DNA of 64,000 nt from the NCBI GenBank assembly GCA_045539875.1, contig JAZQGF010000005.1:46341-110340 (forward strand), read 5' to 3'. This document shows, piece by piece, positions 19,166 to 30,252 of the stretch (position 1 is its first letter; the number at the start of each line of letters is the position of its first letter). Source of the DNA: Acutalibacteraceae bacterium. GTDB lineage: Bacteria; Bacillota; Clostridia; Oscillospirales; Acutalibacteraceae. The translations under genes and the position numbers were made by a program. The notes below the pieces were generated by a model, which was not told the origin of the DNA, searched no databases, and was given only the letters and a program-made list of their open reading frames with translations.

Positions 19166-20923
19166 ATGTCCAACAATAAAGTTTTCGGAATAAACGGACC
19201 GGTTGTTACCGTTGCTGACACCAAGGATTTTTCCATGCAGGAAATGGTCTATGTAGGCAAGGAAAAGCTGGTCGGCGAGGTTATTTCCATCGACGATAAA
19301 TTCACAACCATTCAGGTTTACGAAGTGACAACGGGGCTTACTCCCGGCGAGCCTGTTGAAGGCACGGGAAGCGCAATTTCGGTTACGCTCGGACCCGGTA
19401 TAATCAAAAATATTTATGACGGCATTCAGCGACCTCTGCGCGAAATCGCAGAAAAAACAGGCGAATTCATCGAAAGAGGCTGCTTTGCGCCCGGAATTGA
19501 TGAACACACCCTCTGGGATGTTACCGTTACTGCAAAGGTCGGCGATGAGCTGAGCAGCGGAGAGGTTTACGCAACCTGCCCCGAAACGGAATCAATTATC
19601 CATAAAATCATGGTTCCTCCGGGAATCAGCGGTAAAGTCACCTTTGCGTCGGAAAACGGTCATTACTCAGTCAACACGAAAATCCTTGAAATAACAAGCA
19701 AAAACGGCGCTGTCCATGAGCTTACGCTCTGCCACAAATGGCCTATCAGAACAGCCCGTCCCATAAAGAAGCGTCTGCCCTGCACCGTTCCCCTCATTAC
19801 GGGTCAGAGAGTCATTGACACCCTTATGCCCGTTGCAAAGGGCGGCACAGCGGCTATACCCGGCGGCTTCGGCACAGGCAAAACCATGACTCAGCATCAA
19901 CTCGCAAAATGGTGCGATGCAGATATCATTATTTATGTCGGCTGCGGCGAAAGAGGCAACGAAATGACACAGGTTCTCGATGAATTCGGTGAACTCATCG
20001 ACCCAAGAACAGGCAGAAAGCTGACTGACCGCACCGTTCTCATTGCAAACACCTCAAACATGCCCGTTGCGGCAAGAGAAGCTTCAATTTACACAGGCAT
20101 CACTCTTGCGGAATATTACCGCGACATGGGATATGCCGTTGCAATGATGGCAGACTCCACCTCACGCTGGGCAGAGGCTCTGCGTGAAATCTCGGGCAGA
20201 CTTGAGGAAATGCCTGCTGAAGAAGGCTTTCCTGCATATCTTCCTTCAAGACTTGCCGCCTTCTATGAAAGAGCAGGCAGAGTTACCGCATTAAACGGCA
20301 GCGAAGGCTCTGTTACCGTTATCGGCGCGGTTTCTCCTCAGGGCTCGGACTTCTCAGAACCCGTAACCCAAAATACCAAGCGATTCACCCGTGTTTTCTG
20401 GGCACTCGATAAATCTCTTGCATACGCAAGGCATTATCCTGCAATCAACTGGACCGACAGCTACAGTGAATATGACGGTGACCTTGCCGATTACTATAAC
20501 AATAATGTTAACCTTTCGTTTATGGATTACCGCAGACAGCTGCTTTCCATTCTCCACGAAGAAAGCAAGCTCATGGAAATCGTAAAGCTCATCGGTGCGG
20601 ATGTTCTGCCCGATGACCAGAGGCTTGTTATTGATATTGCAAGGGTTATCCGTGTAGGCTTCCTTCAGCAGAATGCTTATCACAAGGACGACACCTATGT
20701 TCCCCTTGAAAAGCAGTTCCTTATGATGAAAACCATTCTCTGCCTCTACGAAAAAGGCAAGACTCTTGTCGCGGCAGGCAAACCTGTTGCAGGCATCGCA
20801 AAATCGGGCATTCTTGAGAAGCTTATCAAGATGAAATACGATATCCCCAATGATAAGCCCGAAATGTTTGACGGTTATATAACCGAAATTGATTCCGTCA
20901 TAAGCACTCTTATGGCGAAATAA
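19166..20923 (+). CDS. ntpA: V/A-type ATPase subunit A
   Basis: GGFGTGKT, GCGERGNEM, DSTSRWAEALRE. Confidence 0.97.
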   Translation: MSNNKVFGINGPVVTVADTKDFSMQEMVYVGKEKLVGEVISIDDKFTTIQVYEVTTGLTPGEPVEGTGSAISVTLGPGIIKNIYDGIQRPLREIAEKTGEFIERGCFAPGIDEHTLWDVTVTAKVGDELSSGEVYATCPETESIIHKIMVPPGISGKVTFASENGHYSVNTKILEITSKNGAVHELTLCHKWPIRTARPIKKRLPCTVPLITGQRVIDTLMPVAKGGTAAIPGGFGTGKTMTQHQLAKWCDADIIIYVGCGERGNEMTQVLDEFGELIDPRTGRKLTDRTVLIANTSNMPVAAREASIYTGITLAEYYRDMGYAVAMMADSTSRWAEALREISGRLEEMPAEEGFPAYLPSRLAAFYERAGRVTALNGSEGSVTVIGAVSPQGSDFSEPVTQNTKRFTRVFWALDKSLAYARHYPAINWTDSYSEYDGDLADYYNNNVNLSFMDYRRQLLSILHEESKLMEIVKLIGADVLPDDQRLVIDIARVIRVGFLQQNAYHKDDTYVPLEKQFLMMKTILCLYEKGKTLVAAGKPVAGIAKSGILEKLIKMKYDIPNDKPEMFDGYITEIDSVISTLMAK

Positions 20924-20935
20924 AGAGGAATCGGT

Positions 20936-22324
20936 ATGATTAAAGAATATATTGGTTTAAACGAAATATCAGGCTCGCTCGCAGTCCTTGACGGCGTTAA
21001 GAATCCCGGCTACGAAGAGGTTGTTAAATTCAATGTTACCGACGGTTCAAAGCGCATGGGCAGAATTATCCGCATTGACGGCGAGAAAGTTGTTGTTCAG
21101 GTTTTTGAAGGAACAAAGGGACTTTCGCTCAAAAACACAGGCACCATTCCTACGGGCAGACCCATGGAGCTTAAACTCTCGGAAGAAATTCTCGGCAGAG
21201 TTTTTGACGGCGCAGGAAGACCGATTGACGGCTTCGGAGAAATTTATCCCGAGGTTTCAAGAGATATCAACGGTTCGTCAATAAATCCTGTTTCAAGAAT
21301 CTATCCCAGAAACTATATTTCAACAGGCATCTCCTCAATTGATGCACTGTCAACTCTCATCAGAGGACAGAAACTTCCCATTTTTTCGGGCTACGGCATG
21401 AAGCATAACGAGCTTGCGGTGCAGATAGTCCGTCAGGCAAAGATAACGGGTGCTTCAAGCGATAATTTTGCCGTTGTTTTTGCTGCAATGGGCGTTAAAA
21501 ACGATGTTGCGGATTACTTCAGGCGTTCGTTTGAGGAATCGGGCGTGCTTTCAAAGGTTGTTATGTTCCTCAACCTTTCCGATGACCCGATTATCGAGCG
21601 CACAATCACTCCCCGATGCGCACTGACCGCCGCAGAATACCTTGCCTTTGAAAAAGGAATGCATATTCTTGTTGTTATGACGGATATGTCATCCTACTGC
21701 GAGGCTTTGCGTGAATTCAGCTCATCAAAGGGCGAAATTCCGGGCAGAAAAGGATATCCCGGCTATCTTTATTCCGACCTTGCATCGCTCTATGAAAGAG
21801 CAGGCATGATAAAAGGCAGAGAAGGCTCGGTTACGCAGATACCCATTCTCACCATGCCCAACGACGATATAACCCACCCTGTGCCCGACCTTACAGGCTA
21901 CATCACCGAGGGGCAGATTGTTCTTGACCGTTCGCTTGACAGCACGGGAATTTATCCGCCCGTCAGCATTCTTCCAAGTCTTTCAAGACTTATGAAGGAC
22001 GGCATCGGCGAGGGCTTCACGAGAGAGGACCATTCTTCGCTCGCAAATCAGCTTTTCTCGGCGTATGCCAAGGTGCAGGATGCAATTTCGCTTGCGTCGG
22101 TTATCGGCGAGGATGAACTTTCGGATATCGACAAAAAATATCTTGAATTCGGCAGAGCCTTTGAAAACCGATTCATAAAACAGGGCGCAAACGAAAACCG
22201 TTCAATAGAAGAAACGCTCAACCTCGGATGGGAGATTCTCACTCTCCTTCCCGAAAGTGAGCTTGACAGAGTCAGCGACGAGCTGATTGAGAAATACTAT
22301 AAGCCTGCGTTGCAGGCTCAATGA
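20936..22324 (+). CDS. ntpB: V/A-type ATPase subunit B
   Basis: [25 protein letters not shown]. Confidence 0.97.
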   Translation: MIKEYIGLNEISGSLAVLDGVKNPGYEEVVKFNVTDGSKRMGRIIRIDGEKVVVQVFEGTKGLSLKNTGTIPTGRPMELKLSEEILGRVFDGAGRPIDGFGEIYPEVSRDINGSSINPVSRIYPRNYISTGISSIDALSTLIRGQKLPIFSGYGMKHNELAVQIVRQAKITGASSDNFAVVFAAMGVKNDVADYFRRSFEESGVLSKVVMFLNLSDDPIIERTITPRCALTAAEYLAFEKGMHILVVMTDMSSYCEALREFSSSKGEIPGRKGYPGYLYSDLASLYERAGMIKGREGSVTQIPILTMPNDDITHPVPDLTGYITEGQIVLDRSLDSTGIYPPVSILPSLSRLMKDGIGEGFTREDHSSLANQLFSAYAKVQDAISLASVIGEDELSDIDKKYLEFGRAFENRFIKQGANENRSIEETLNLGWEILTLLPESELDRVSDELIEKYYKPALQAQ

Positions 22325-22431
22325 ATAATGAATAGTGAAAAATGAAGAATTAAGAACGGGTTTCACCCATATCCATTGCATATTTGCGGCGCAGCCCCAA
22401 AACTTTTCACTCTTCACTTTTATCTTTTCAC
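22322..22431. repeat. Intergenic element A with 7-bp-periodic inverted arms
   Basis: TGAATAA TGAATAG TGAAAAA TGAAGAA ... TTTTCAC TCTTCAC TTTTATC TTTTCAC; internal ACGGGTTTCACCCAT. Confidence 0.75.
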
Positions 22432-22450
22432 TTGCAAAGGAGCTGAAACC

Positions 22451-23059
22451 ATGTCGGCCAAGGTATCGCCAACCAAGGGCAACCTTATGAAAATCAAAAA
22501 ATCGCTGGAGCTTGCCAAGGTCGGCTATGAGCTGCTCGACCGCAAGCGCAACATTCTTATCCGCGAAACAATGAACATGATTGACAGCGCAAAAGATATC
22601 CGTCAGCGCATCAATGAGAGCTACCGCCTTGCCTATGAGGCTCTTGAAAAAGCAAACATGAGCATGGGCGTTGTTGATGATTTTGCGGCATTCGTGCCTG
22701 TTGAAAACGGAATCTCGATTTCTTCAAGAAGTGTTATGGGAGTTGAAATTCCGACCGTTACTCTCAACGCAGAAAAAATCGACAACTATTACGGCTTCAA
22801 GCGCACAACTGCAAAGCTCGATGAAGCATATAAGTTCTTCAACGATGCAAAAATTCTCACTGCAGAGCTTGCCGAAACCGAAAACAGCATTTACCGCCTT
22901 GCAACGGGAATAAAAAAAACCCAAAAAAGAGCAAACGCCCTCAAAAATATCGTTATTCCCAGATTTGAAGAGCAGGTAAAAGCAATCTCCTCTGCGCTTG
23001 ACGAAAAAGAAAGAGAAGAATTCTCAAGACTTAAGGTAATTAAAAGCTTTATCGAATAA
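22451..23059 (+). CDS. ntpD: V/A-type ATPase subunit D
   Basis: PTKGNL, GYELLDRKR, KRANALKN, EREEFSRLK. Confidence 0.95.
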   Translation: MSAKVSPTKGNLMKIKKSLELAKVGYELLDRKRNILIRETMNMIDSAKDIRQRINESYRLAYEALEKANMSMGVVDDFAAFVPVENGISISSRSVMGVEIPTVTLNAEKIDNYYGFKRTTAKLDEAYKFFNDAKILTAELAETENSIYRLATGIKKTQKRANALKNIVIPRFEEQVKAISSALDEKEREEFSRLKVIKSFIE

Positions 23060-23163
23060 TACAAAAAAACTGCTGTCAGCCGTTGACATCACTGCAAAAA
23101 AATGTTATTATTCAATATATAGTGTTTTTACACAATTAAGAAAGATTGAAAGGATAATTCAAA

Positions 23164-23622
23164 ATGAAGAAATTAACAGCTATCATTCTTGCTCTTGTTA
23201 TTGCACTTTCAGTTGCAGTAACAGCATTCGCAGCAGACGCAACTTATCAGTGCCCCCATTGCCTTGCAGTTATCGAAGGTGAAGCAGCTTATAATAAGCA
23301 TCTTTCAAACACCTGCCCCGTAGTCGGCGAAGATGATAAAAACAAGGCTGAAGAAGCTGCAAAAATCCAGACCTGCCCCTATGAAGGCTGCGGTGCTCAG
23401 TTCAAGGATGAAAACGAATACAACACTCACCTTGATGTTTGCCTTAAGAAGACTGACCCCACAATCGCTCAGAAGGTTGAAGATTTTATTCTCAATTTCA
23501 AGTTTGAAGACCTCCTCGGCACAGTTGAAGAGCTTCTCGGCAAGGTTAATTTCCCCGATCTCCTCGTTAAGGCAATCGACCTTCTTGAAGATGCAGTAGA
23601 AGGCATTCTCGGCGCTATCTAA
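23164..23622 (+). CDS. Secreted hypothetical protein with two Cys/His zinc-finger-like motifs
   Basis: Signal peptide ending AFA; CPHC..H..C and CPYEGC..H..C. Confidence 0.7.
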   Translation: MKKLTAIILALVIALSVAVTAFAADATYQCPHCLAVIEGEAAYNKHLSNTCPVVGEDDKNKAEEAAKIQTCPYEGCGAQFKDENEYNTHLDVCLKKTDPTIAQKVEDFILNFKFEDLLGTVEELLGKVNFPDLLVKAIDLLEDAVEGILGAI

Positions 23623-23645
23623 GTAAAACATTCAAAGAGCAGTCC

Positions 23646-26279
23646 TCACGGGCTGCTCTTTTTTCTTGTGTATACGGTTTTTCCGATTTCACCCGTTATC
23701 AGCGGCACAAGCGAAAGACCTGCAACCGTTGCCCACTGAGTGCCGGTAAGAGCAGTAACGCCGAAAACATCGGCAAGCGGCGGAAAAATAACAACCGACG
23801 CCTGAACCGCTGAACACATGACAACCGCAATATTCATCATCCGATTGCTGAAAATTCCTGCCTTGAAAAGCGGCATAGAGGAGCGCATATTGACTGCATG
23901 AGTAATTTCACAAAAGCTCAGGGTGCAGAATGCCATTGTTCTGCCCAGAATAACGCTGCTGTTCTCGCCGAAAGCAAGGCTGCCCATAAGGTAAGCAAGC
24001 ACAGTCAGCGTTCCGATAAGCATTCCCTCAAGCGAAATATCCATCCACAGACCGTCCGAAAAAAAACCCTTTTTGGGTGAAACAGGCGGTCTTTTCATTA
24101 TATCTTTTTCAATCATTTCCGTTCCGAGTGCCATTGCAGGCAGCGAATCGGTAACAAGATTAACCCACAACAGCTGAATCGGAATCAGCGGTGCTTCCAG
24201 ACCCATCAGCGAAGCCGCAAAAACCGCAAGAATTTCTCCTATATTCGTGCCGAGAAGAAAGTGCACGGCTTTTTTTATATTGTCAAATATTCCTCTGCCC
24301 TGCTCAACCGCCTTGACGATGGTTGCAAAATTATCATCGGTCAGAATCATATCAGCCGCGTTTTTGGCAACATCCGTGCCGCCCTTTCCCATAGCACAGC
24401 CGATATCTGCCGCCTTGAGTGCAGGCGCATCGTTAACACCGTCGCCCGTCATGGCAACAATTTCACCTCTCGCACGGAACGCCTTGACTATTCTCACCTT
24501 ATGCTCAGGGCTTACCCTTGCAAAAACCCTGCAGTTTTTGATTATCTCCGCAAGCCTTTCGTCGCTCATAAGGTCAAGCTCATTTCCCGTTACGGCACTT
24601 AATCCGTCCTCAAGAATTCCAAGCTTCTTCGCAACGGCGCAGGCGGTAACTATATGATCTCCCGTTATCATAACGGGTATGATTCCTGCTCTTTTGCAGG
24701 TGGCAACGGCTCTTGCCGCCTCAGGTCTCGGAGGGTCTGTCATTCCTATAAGCCCGGCAAAAATCAGCCTGTTCTCTTCATTATCCGCCGCACCCGCGGA
24801 GCTTCTGTAGGCAACGGCAATAACTCTGAGCGCATCCTTTGCCATCTGCTCATTCTGCTGCATGATTCTTCTTCGCTGACTTTGGCTGAGTGCTGAAACT
24901 CCTCCGCCTGTAACGGCATGAGTGCACAGCTCAAGCACAACATCGGGAGCACCCTTAACCGTCAGCCTTGCACCTGCGCCGAAGGAATTGACGGTTGACA
25001 TCATTTTTCTTTCACTCGTAAACGGCGTTTCATGCAGTCTCGGATATTCCTTTTCAAAAAAGAAAACCCGTTCTCCTGCCTCATAGGCGGCAGAAAGAAT
25101 TGCAGTTTCCGTCGGGTCGCCGCTGAAGGTAACGGTTCTCCCCTTTTTTGCAGTCCTTGAATTGTTGCACAGCGCACCCATAAGAAGGATGCTTCTGCCC
25201 TCTGCGCTGTCGACCGCTATCTCTCCGGATATGTTTCTTATCTGAGTTACCGTCATTTTATTCTGAGTAAGCGTTCCCGTTTTATCGGAGCATATGACCG
25301 TTGCCGCGCCGAGCGTTTCAACCGCAGGCAAATGGCGGATAATGGCATTGCTTTTTGCCATGCGCTGAACACCCATTGAAAGAACGATTGTCACTATTGC
25401 AGGCAAGCCCTCGGGAATTGCCGCAACTGCAAGGCTGACCGAAAGCATAAACGACGGCAGAATTCCGCTTTTTCTTACTAGCCCAAGCAAAAACACAAAT
25501 GCACAGATAACCAGCGCACCTACTCCCAGAGCCTTTCCGATTCTGCCGAGCCTCTGCTGCAGAGGAGTTTGAGGCGATTCCTCACTTGCAAGAAGATGCG
25601 CGATTTTTCCAACCTGCGTTGCCATTCCCGTTTCGGTAACAATTGCCGTGCAGTTACCCGAAATAACGGTTGTTGAAGAAAAAATCATGTTTTTTCTTTC
25701 AGCTATGGGACAGTCAGCCTTGCAAACCGCCTCCGCCGTTTTTTCGCACGGCACTGATTCTCCTGTAAGCGAGCTCTCCTGAACCTTAAGCCCGTTTGAT
25801 GAAACAAGCCTTGCATCGGCAGGAACCATATCTCCGCTTTCAAGCATTATTAAATCGCCCGGTACCAGCTGCGCGGCATCAATTTTTTTTATTACTCCTG
25901 AGCGCACAACGCACGCCGTCGGCGCCGACATCTTTTTGAGTGCTTCAATCGCCTTTTCTGCTCTCTGTTCCTGAAAAACACCGATTGCGGCGTTAAGAAT
26001 AACTATCATCAGAATAACAATCGGTTCAACAAAATCTCTGCTGCCCTCCATAAGACTTGTCAAAAACGAAATTATGCATGCAATAAAAAGAATGATAACG
26101 CAGAAATCAGAAAACTGAGCCAGAAACCTTCTGAGCAATGAAGCTTTTTTCTTCCCTTCCAACCTGTTTTCTCCATGCTTTTCAAGCAGCTTCCTCGCTG
26201 CTGAATCATTCATTCCGTTTGCTGCATCGCTTTTAAGAATATCCGCTGTCTGCGAAACCGATTTTGAATGCCAATCCAT
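23646..26279 (-). CDS. Ca2+-transporting P-type ATPase (SERCA/YloB-like)
   Basis: LTGES, IPEGL, DKTGTLT, KGAPD, TGDGVNDAP. Confidence 0.95.
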   Translation of the reverse strand: MDWHSKSVSQTADILKSDAANGMNDSAARKLLEKHGENRLEGKKKASLLRRFLAQFSDFCVIILFIACIISFLTSLMEGSRDFVEPIVILMIVILNAAIGVFQEQRAEKAIEALKKMSAPTACVVRSGVIKKIDAAQLVPGDLIMLESGDMVPADARLVSSNGLKVQESSLTGESVPCEKTAEAVCKADCPIAERKNMIFSSTTVISGNCTAIVTETGMATQVGKIAHLLASEESPQTPLQQRLGRIGKALGVGALVICAFVFLLGLVRKSGILPSFMLSVSLAVAAIPEGLPAIVTIVLSMGVQRMAKSNAIIRHLPAVETLGAATVICSDKTGTLTQNKMTVTQIRNISGEIAVDSAEGRSILLMGALCNNSRTAKKGRTVTFSGDPTETAILSAAYEAGERVFFFEKEYPRLHETPFTSERKMMSTVNSFGAGARLTVKGAPDVVLELCTHAVTGGGVSALSQSQRRRIMQQNEQMAKDALRVIAVAYRSSAGAADNEENRLIFAGLIGMTDPPRPEAARAVATCKRAGIIPVMITGDHIVTACAVAKKLGILEDGLSAVTGNELDLMSDERLAEIIKNCRVFARVSPEHKVRIVKAFRARGEIVAMTGDGVNDAPALKAADIGCAMGKGGTDVAKNAADMILTDDNFATIVKAVEQGRGIFDNIKKAVHFLLGTNIGEILAVFAASLMGLEAPLIPIQLLWVNLVTDSLPAMALGTEMIEKDIMKRPPVSPKKGFFSDGLWMDISLEGMLIGTLTVLAYLMGSLAFGENSSVILGRTMAFCTLSFCEITHAVNMRSSMPLFKAGIFSNRMMNIAVVMCSAVQASVVIFPPLADVFGVTALTGTQWATVAGLSLVPLITGEIGKTVYTRKKSSP

Positions 26280-26385
26280 TTCTTATCCCCTTCCGTGAAA
26301 TATTCCGCTAATCTCATTCATATATATTCACGCAGGGATAAAAAAATCCCCGAACAACAGAAGTTGTTCGGGAACTTAACATCAT

Positions 26386-26634
26386 TTATTCGGCAACTGA
26401 TTTAATCTTCTCAAGACAGCTTGCGCAGATAAACTTACCGTCAAACTCAATAAGCTCTGTTTCTGCTTTGCAGAAAATGCAGTCGTTAACCGCTTTTTTC
26501 ACAATAATCTGCTTTCCGTCAGAAAACATTTCTACCTTGCTGCCCTGTTCGACAAGTCCGAGTTCTTTTCTGATTTGCATAGGAATAACAATTCTTCCTA
26601 CACTGTCAATTTCACGAATAAAGCCTGCAAACAT
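26386..26634 (-). CDS. abrB: AbrB-family transition-state regulator
   Basis: REIDSVGRIVIP..IRK; C-terminal CIFC..ICASC. A TTGACA-17-TATAAA promoter lies at 26708-26680. Confidence 0.8.
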   Translation of the reverse strand: MFAGFIREIDSVGRIVIPMQIRKELGLVEQGSKVEMFSDGKQIIVKKAVNDCIFCKAETELIEFDGKFICASCLEKIKSVAE

Positions 26635-26749
26635 AACATAACCCTCCATATGGGATATTTCCCTTTTATTTCCAATATGTTTATACCATATTTTGACAAA
26701 ATTGTCAATAGAAAAAAGTGTATTTTGTAAAATTCTGGGAGGAAATGCA

Positions 26750-27346
26750 GTGATTAATTATATTTGGGCAGCAATGGTCGTTTTTTCGGTTATTGCGGCA
26801 TTTTTCAGCGGAAGCATGCAGGAGCTGTCGGCAGCAGTTATTTCGGGTGCATCCGATGCAGTTTCGCTGTGCATCAGATTGGGAGGCACCATCTGTCTGT
26901 GGGGCGGCCTTATGGAAATTGCAGAGCAGTCGGGACTGACAGGCGCAGTGTGCCGTATGCTTTCGCCGCTGCTGAAAATCGTTTTTCCGAAAATGGATAT
27001 GAAAGGAAAAACTGCGCGGGCAATTTCAATGAATGTAACCGCAAATCTGCTTGGGCTGGGCAACGCCGCAACTCCCCTCGGGCTTGAAGCAATGCACAGA
27101 CTTCAAGCCGAAAATCCCTCAAAAGACAAGGCAAGCAGCGACATGATAAAATTTGTTGTTATGAATTCCGCGGCATTTCATCTTATACCCACAACCGTTG
27201 CTGCAATGCGTCAGGATTACGGAAGCAGAAATCCTTTTGATATCATGCTCCCCTCATGGATATCCTCTGCCGCCGCCCTGACCGTCGGACTGACCGCCGC
27301 TTTTATTTTTATAAGGCTTTCGGAGGGAATTAAATGGAAAAAATAA
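26750..27346 (+). CDS. spmA: Spore maturation protein A
   Basis: GTG start after GGAGG; ANLLGLGNAATPLG. Confidence 0.92.
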   Translation: MINYIWAAMVVFSVIAAFFSGSMQELSAAVISGASDAVSLCIRLGGTICLWGGLMEIAEQSGLTGAVCRMLSPLLKIVFPKMDMKGKTARAISMNVTANLLGLGNAATPLGLEAMHRLQAENPSKDKASSDMIKFVVMNSAAFHLIPTTVAAMRQDYGSRNPFDIMLPSWISSAAALTVGLTAAFIFIRLSEGIKWKK

Positions 27347-27855
27347 CCTACTGTATTCTGCCCGTAACAACTGCGTCAATCGTTATTTTCGGACTGATAA
27401 AAGGGATAAAGGTTTTTGACTGCTTTGTTACAGGAGCATCCAAAGGGCTTCAGTCGGCAATAAAGCTTCTGCCGCCGCTGATGGGTCTTGTTACGGGAGT
27501 AACAATGCTGAGGCAGTCGGGAGCGCTGAATGTAATAACGGAAATGCTTCTGCCGATTGCAAAGCTGACAGGCATCCCTGCCGATGTTTTGCCGCTGACG
27601 GTGCTCAGCCCGATATCGGGCAGCGGCTCGCTGACGATGTTTGAGCAAATTCTTAAAAATTTCGGACCTGACTCTCCCGAAGGACGCATTGCTTCGGTTA
27701 TAATGGGATCAACCGAAACAACTTTTTATGCCGTAACGGTATACTACGGCTCAGTCGGCATAAGGAAAAGCGGATGCACCGTGCCTGCCGCTTTGCTTGC
27801 GGACATGACAAGCTTTATTGTTTCCGCCGTGACGGTAACACTGTTTAATTTTTAG
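27334..27855 (+). CDS. spmB: Spore maturation protein B
   Basis: PISGSGS, GSTETTFY..YYGSVG. Confidence 0.92.
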   Translation: MEKITYCILPVTTASIVIFGLIKGIKVFDCFVTGASKGLQSAIKLLPPLMGLVTGVTMLRQSGALNVITEMLLPIAKLTGIPADVLPLTVLSPISGSGSLTMFEQILKNFGPDSPEGRIASVIMGSTETTFYAVTVYYGSVGIRKSGCTVPAALLADMTSFIVSAVTVTLFNF

Positions 27856-27955
27856 TGTTTTTAAAAATTTTTGTTGAAAAATTATTTTGTTGATGCTATA
27901 GTGTTTGTGTATGCGGATTTTTCATGCTTAAAATAAAATCAAGGTGGACATTAAT

Positions 27956-28807
27956 ATGATAGGAATTATTGATGTCGGCGGCGGCATGAGAGGTATTTAC
28001 ACAAGCGGACTTTTCGACTATCTTATGGATAAGGGAATTTCTTTCAAATACTATCTCGGCGTTTCCTCCGGCAGCGCTAACCTGATTGCTTATGCGGCAG
28101 GTCAGCGTGGACGAACTTACAAATTCTATACCGAAGACGCATTTGACAAAAAAATTATGGGTATCGGTGCATATTTCAGAAGCGGAATGATAATGAATCT
28201 CGACAAAATTTTTGAGAATCCGCTTTCCACGCCTACAGAAACCGTTGATTTTGATGCATTTATGAAAGATGATTTTTCATTTACTGCAGTTTCAACCCAT
28301 ATGAACACCCTGTCTCCCAGATATTTCACGAAAAACGATTTCACAGCCAACAATTTTTCAGCCCTTAAGGCTGCGGCGGCAATGCCCGTTGCATGCAGAA
28401 GACCCGTTAAATTCAAGGATGAGCTTTATTTTGACGGCGGTCTTTCCGACCCCATCCCCTATCAGAAAGCATTTAACGACGGCTGCGACAAGGTTATTGT
28501 TTGCATAACAAAACCCGAGCACGAAAGAAAAACCATTCTTCCGTGGTACATAGTAAAGCCTCTGCTTATCAGATATCCCAAGGTTGCGGATTCCGTGCTC
28601 GACCTTCACACCAAATATAATGAAGGCATTGAAGGCGCTCTCAAGCTTCAAGAAGAAGGCAAGGTGCTCGTTGTTGCTCCCCATGAATGCTTCGGAATCA
28701 ATACTATAACAAGAGAGCTTGAAGGACTTAACAAGCTTTATGAGCTCGGATATAATGACGGCAAAAAAATTGAAGAGTTTGTTATTGCAAACGAACAGTA
28801 TGTATAA
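27956..28807 (+). CDS. Patatin-like phospholipase
   Basis: GGGMRG, GVSSG, DGG motifs. Confidence 0.9.
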   Translation: MIGIIDVGGGMRGIYTSGLFDYLMDKGISFKYYLGVSSGSANLIAYAAGQRGRTYKFYTEDAFDKKIMGIGAYFRSGMIMNLDKIFENPLSTPTETVDFDAFMKDDFSFTAVSTHMNTLSPRYFTKNDFTANNFSALKAAAAMPVACRRPVKFKDELYFDGGLSDPIPYQKAFNDGCDKVIVCITKPEHERKTILPWYIVKPLLIRYPKVADSVLDLHTKYNEGIEGALKLQEEGKVLVVAPHECFGINTITRELEGLNKLYELGYNDGKKIEEFVIANEQYV

Positions 28808-28847
28808 AAAAAGTCTGTCTCACCAAACAGGTGAGACAGACTTTTTT
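28808..28847. terminator. Bidirectional terminator
   Basis: AAAAAGTCTGTCTCACC..GGTGAGACAGACTTTTT. Confidence 0.8.
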
Positions 28848-29094
28848 ACATTACTGTTGTATCTGCCGTTGTTGTGTCTGCCGCTGCGGAAACCGTTGCC
28901 GATTGAGAAACGGTTTCGGGCGCACTGGTAAAAGCTTCGGAAACATCGGTCATCATTTCCTGCATTCCCGTCATTGCCTCGGAAAGATTCTGCATGTTAT
29001 CGGTAACCTTTCCGCCCTCTGCGCCGTTACAGCCTGCAAAAATGCATGCAACAAGAATTACTGCTGCCAAAATAACAGCTGTTGTTTTCTTCAT
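28846..29094 (-). CDS. Small Ser/Thr-rich lipoprotein
   Basis: MKK start, hydrophobic core, FAGC lipobox. Confidence 0.65.
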   Translation of the reverse strand: MKKTTAVILAAVILVACIFAGCNGAEGGKVTDNMQNLSEAMTGMQEMMTDVSEAFTSAPETVSQSATVSAAADTTTADTTVM

Positions 29095-29168
29095 AATATG
29101 CCTCTCCTTTTATCGGTAAAATATTTCTTTTGAAAATATTTTTTCCGAAGACAGCATATTTATTCAAA

Positions 29169-29591
29169 CTATTTTAAATTATATTCGGATTTTATAATTT
29201 CAAGATCCTTTGCATATTCACCGTAAACAGCATTGCCCGACCAATATGAAATATATCTTTTTTCGTCATCGATTTTGGTGACATCGGGATCACCCGACAT
29301 TTCTTCTTTTGCCGCTTCAAAAGCAACATCGTTGGTATAAAACATGTGAGTCACTTCATCGGTTCTTACACCGTTTTCATAATAAACAACAACATATTTC
29401 ACATAGTCATTTGTTCCCTGATAGGCAACAATGCGGCTGCCATCCTGTGTTATGCCGAAGCTCGAAATAATTTTGCCCTGAGCTTTCTCAACCTGATTCG
29501 GTTCAACCTCGCCGAGCTTTGGCTGATTGCTGCAAGCCGAAAAAGAAAACAGCATAAAGACCGCAGTTATAAAGGCGATTATTCTTTTCAT
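29169..29591 (-). CDS. Hypothetical lipoprotein
   Basis: MKRIIAF..FSAC lipobox; AAGGAG RBS. Confidence 0.75.
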   Translation of the reverse strand: MKRIIAFITAVFMLFSFSACSNQPKLGEVEPNQVEKAQGKIISSFGITQDGSRIVAYQGTNDYVKYVVVYYENGVRTDEVTHMFYTNDVAFEAAKEEMSGDPDVTKIDDEKRYISYWSGNAVYGEYAKDLEIIKSEYNLK

Positions 29592-29607
29592 AAAACGCTC
29601 CTTTATA

Positions 29608-30225
29608 TTACTTCTTTTTCTTTTCTTCTTTGCTTTCGCCGATTTCGATAAGATAAAAAGAAAGTGTCCATATGATAAGGAAAATAAATGTAAAAATAAG
29701 TCCGTTCTGGAAACCTGCGAGTGAAATCGCTTCGATTTTAACAAGACTGCCTACAAGAGAAGTCAGAAGACCTGCTGAGAGAATATCCTTGATTCCTATA
29801 ACGCCTGTGGTTATTACGGAAGCCGCAGAGCTGAAGCAGCACATCATTACGATTGTTGAAACAAGACCGACACCTGTTGCGATAAGGACGGGTATTCTTT
29901 TGCTGCTGCAAATTGACCAAATGATAATAAAAAGAGCAACAATAATAACAAGAGCAAGACATACGCCCGAGGTGATGAGCCTTCCGTTGAGAACATTAAA
30001 GGCTTCGGGCCAGCTGAATCCCGAGGATGTTGCGCCGTCATATATAAACGAAAAATAATGCTCGCCTCTGACAATATCAATGATATCCTTAACCGTCAAA
30101 GTTTCGTGAAGTCCTGCTTCAATAACGGTTGTTCCGATGCGCAGATAAATGAAATCCATAAAAATGATTATAGGAAAAATCACCGCTGCAAGAAGCGCGT
30201 TGACTATTCTGTATAAATAATTCAT
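29608..30225 (-). CDS. Hypothetical membrane protein
   Basis: Four to five transmembrane segments; downstream of glnS. Confidence 0.7.
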   Translation of the reverse strand: MNYLYRIVNALLAAVIFPIIIFMDFIYLRIGTTVIEAGLHETLTVKDIIDIVRGEHYFSFIYDGATSSGFSWPEAFNVLNGRLITSGVCLALVIIVALFIIIWSICSSKRIPVLIATGVGLVSTIVMMCCFSSAASVITTGVIGIKDILSAGLLTSLVGSLVKIEAISLAGFQNGLIFTFIFLIIWTLSFYLIEIGESKEEKKKK

Positions 30226-30252
30226 TTTAAAATTCCTTTCTTGTTTCCTTTA

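Noticed and set aside
26386-26634. AbrB-like ORF as the missing 5' half of spoVT
   Set aside because: It is a complete AbrB-type gene with its own Cys-rich tail and lies on the wrong side of the spoVT fragment.
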